64,000 bases of DNA from Calditrichia bacterium (GTDB lineage Bacteria; Calditrichota; Calditrichia; JAJRVZ01): positions 256,001 through 320,000 of the forward strand of contig CAWCNS010000006.1 in assembly GCA_963796965.1 (NCBI GenBank), read 5' to 3'. The position numbers were made by a program, and so were the translations under genes. Below are positions 61,804-64,000 of the stretch, one piece after another; the stretch's first letter is position 1, and every line of letters starts with the position of its first letter. Under the pieces are notes generated by a model that saw only the letters and a list, made by a program, of their open reading frames with translations, ran no database searches and was not told where the DNA came from.

Positions 61804-63306
61804 GTGGAGATTAGCTATATCGATGCATCTATAATTCTATTTTATTTAATTGTTGTTGCCTTGATTGGATCTTTGTCCGGGGGAAAGCAAAAAACAACAA
61901 AAGATTATTTTATGGGGGGAAAAGATGTTCCCTGGTGGGCAGTCTCCTTTTCAATTGTTGCAGCGGAGACAAGCAGCCTTACCTTTATAAGTATTCCCGG
62001 GCTGGCCTATTTAACCAATCTAAATTTTCTTCAACTTACATTAGGGTATTTATTTGCCCGTATACTTGTTGCTGTTTTTTTTCTACCTTCTTACCGCAAG
62101 GGAGAATTGGCTACCGCCTATACCTTTCTGGAAAATCGATTTGGATATAAGACCAGACGCTATGCTTCCTCAATCTTTCTTTTTACCCGTGTAGCTGCTG
62201 ATGGTGTGCGTTTATTCTCTACGGCGATCCCTTTGGCTTTAATCTTTAAATCGACCGCCTACTTCAGTCAATGGAGCAATTTTGAAATATATGTCGTTTC
62301 TATTATTATTATCACAGTAGTTAGCCTCGTCTATACCTATACTGGTGGTGTTAAAGGTGTTATCTGGGCCGATGTACTTCAGATGTTTATCTATATTGGC
62401 GGAGCAACATTAGCATTAATCATATTACTAGATCATTTACCATCCTCATTTAGCTGGTCAACCCTGGGAACAAAAACTCAAATATTTAATTTCGATTTTG
62501 GGTCCAGTTTTGGTGACTTTTTTAACAAACCATACACATTGATTGGAAGTCTGATTGGTGGAACATTTTTATCAATGGCCTCACATGGAACGGACCAATT
62601 GATTGTTCAGAGGTTATTAACAACCCGGACATTAAAAGATAGTCAGAAAGCAATCATTGGGAGTGGTGTAATGGTTATTTTTCAGTTTGCACTATTTATG
62701 GTTGTTGGACTTTTACTCTATGTTTTCTTTAAAGGTGTTCCATTGACCGATCCATCTGCACCTTTTCATAAAGCTGATGAAATTTTTCCCCTTTTTATTA
62801 TCCACTATCTTCCGGTCGGAATCAAAGGATTGATTATCGCCGGACTTTTTGCCGCTGCCATGTCTACACTCGCCGGATCTATTAGTTCGCTATCTTCTTC
62901 TGCGATGCTTGACCTTTATAAACCCTATTTTGCAAAAGAAGATAATCCTCTACGCGATTTAAAGATCTCTCGACTTCTTACAATTATATGGGCGATAATA
63001 TTGACCTTCGTCGCTTTTCTTTTTATCCAGGTTCAGCAATCAGTTGTTGAAATTGCTTTGGGAATAGCATCTATTACATATGGCGGTTTGCTGGGGACCT
63101 TCTTGTTAGGCCGATTCTTCAAGAGTACCGAGGAACCCGGAGCCATTGCTGGTTTTACTTCCGCCATTGCCGTAATGCTGATGATCATTCTCATTCCAAA
63201 ACTGCTTGGAACCTCCCCTATTGTTCACTGGACGTGGTTTGTCGCTATCGGCTCAACAGTATGTATCATAGTGGGAACCCTGTGGCCCGCAAAAAAGGGT
63301 CAGTAA
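61804..63306 (+). CDS. Sodium:solute symporter (SSS)
   Basis: DYFMGG...PWWAV, SIVAAETS, GGVKGVIWAD, DQLIVQR, AAAMSTL. Confidence 0.94.
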   Translation: MEISYIDASIILFYLIVVALIGSLSGGKQKTTKDYFMGGKDVPWWAVSFSIVAAETSSLTFISIPGLAYLTNLNFLQLTLGYLFARILVAVFFLPSYRKGELATAYTFLENRFGYKTRRYASSIFLFTRVAADGVRLFSTAIPLALIFKSTAYFSQWSNFEIYVVSIIIITVVSLVYTYTGGVKGVIWADVLQMFIYIGGATLALIILLDHLPSSFSWSTLGTKTQIFNFDFGSSFGDFFNKPYTLIGSLIGGTFLSMASHGTDQLIVQRLLTTRTLKDSQKAIIGSGVMVIFQFALFMVVGLLLYVFFKGVPLTDPSAPFHKADEIFPLFIIHYLPVGIKGLIIAGLFAAAMSTLAGSISSLSSSAMLDLYKPYFAKEDNPLRDLKISRLLTIIWAIILTFVAFLFIQVQQSVVEIALGIASITYGGLLGTFLLGRFFKSTEEPGAIAGFTSAIAVMLMIILIPKLLGTSPIVHWTWFVAIGSTVCIIVGTLWPAKKGQ

Positions 63307-63320
63307 TGAAAAGTTATCAA

Positions 63321-63390
63321 GCCACCAATGAGATGTAATTAAAATAATCTAAAATTCGTGAAATTCGTGAAATTCGTTTTAATTTGTGGA
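63321..63390. repeat. 9-bp tandem repeat (AAATTCGTG)x3 between convergent genes
   Basis: aaattcgtg aaattcgtg aaattcgtt ttaatttgtgg at 63352-63389; inverted head gccac at 63321. Confidence 0.65.
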
Positions 63391-63407
63391 TAGATTTATT
63401 GAGGGTT

Positions 63408-63971
63408 TTAGCGAAAGTCATTCTCGGAGAAAATTTCAGCGGAGAAAATTTTGATCTTGGTTGACGGATCTTTCCAGGCAGAGGAGGGCAGCCCTGCTTT
63501 TTTACAGGTTTGTTCAAGAAACGTAAATCTATCCCATTTATATTCAACCGCGACCTGAGGGAGCAACAACCCCCGTCTCATATATTGTTCAATGATCAAA
63601 CCATGTTTACCTACTTCGATTTCATTTATATCTTTTATAGAAGATAATGGGGAAAGGACTGATATTTCGATCTGTAAATTATCAACTTCCGTTTTATCGA
63701 CGGCTGGAAAACGAGGATCATCAAATGCCGCGGCGACCGCCATTTCTTCTACCTCCTGTTGAAGTGGTCCCATCCCTTCTACATACCCAATACAACCACG
63801 CAATTGACCGTTCTCATGGAGCGTAACAAAGACTCCCAGAGATTGTTCAAGAGATTTTGAAAAAGCTCTCTGTTTATCCAAATCTCTATTATTTGCTTTA
63901 GAGGATATTATCAATCTGGCATGATTGAGAAGAAATTTTTTTTCTTTTTGGGTTAGCGAGAATTTACTCAT
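63408..63971 (-). CDS. amrA: AmmeMemoRadiSam system protein A (AMMECR1 domain)
   Basis: GVFVTL...LRGCIG, AAFDDPRF, EISVLSP, GLLLPQV, CKKAGL. Confidence 0.95.
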   Translation of the reverse strand: MSKFSLTQKEKKFLLNHARLIISSKANNRDLDKQRAFSKSLEQSLGVFVTLHENGQLRGCIGYVEGMGPLQQEVEEMAVAAAFDDPRFPAVDKTEVDNLQIEISVLSPLSSIKDINEIEVGKHGLIIEQYMRRGLLLPQVAVEYKWDRFTFLEQTCKKAGLPSSAWKDPSTKIKIFSAEIFSENDFR

Positions 63972-64000
63972 GATTGATAAAAGATAGCAGATAAATAACC
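63968..64000 (-). CDS. C-terminal end of probable AmmeMemoRadiSam protein B (MEMO), truncated by the window
   Basis: GYLSAIFYQS-stop overlapping the amrA start as ATGA; matches the typical MEMO C-terminal VGY motif and synteny. Confidence 0.55.
   Translation of the reverse strand, partial: GYLSAIFYQS

Noticed and set aside
1..64000. CRISPR array, prophage, IS element or integron
   Set aside because: No regularly spaced 25-45 bp direct repeats and no cas, integrase, transposase or phage genes recognised

Overview
AT-rich bacterial chromosomal window made up almost entirely of housekeeping and envelope genes. Gene content and synteny suggest an FCB-related lineage such as Calditrichota (inference). 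It carries about 55 protein genes and a minus-strand tRNA operon (Pro-Arg-His-Glu). I see no CRISPR array, integrase, transposase or prophage. At least 15 genes are split by single-base indels, including normally essential or housekeeping ones (holA, citrate synthase, cysteine desulfurase), which most likely reflects assembly error. The standout locus is 6.9-11.1 kb. A mazG - histidine kinase - sigma54 activator operon is followed directly by a complete sigma54 enhancer promoter: two palindromic upstream sites 31 bp apart, two IHF consensus sites and a -24/-12 box. That promoter points into a 71-aa unknown protein, an Asp-less pseudo-receiver and a long structured RNA element with C-rich loops. 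Other points of interest are a possible degenerate pilin/PilM/PilN-O trio, a secreted RMDN-like TPR protein, a eukaryotic-type citrate synthase, a homoserine dehydrogenase with altered catalytic motifs, and families of period-7 and period-9 intergenic microrepeats.
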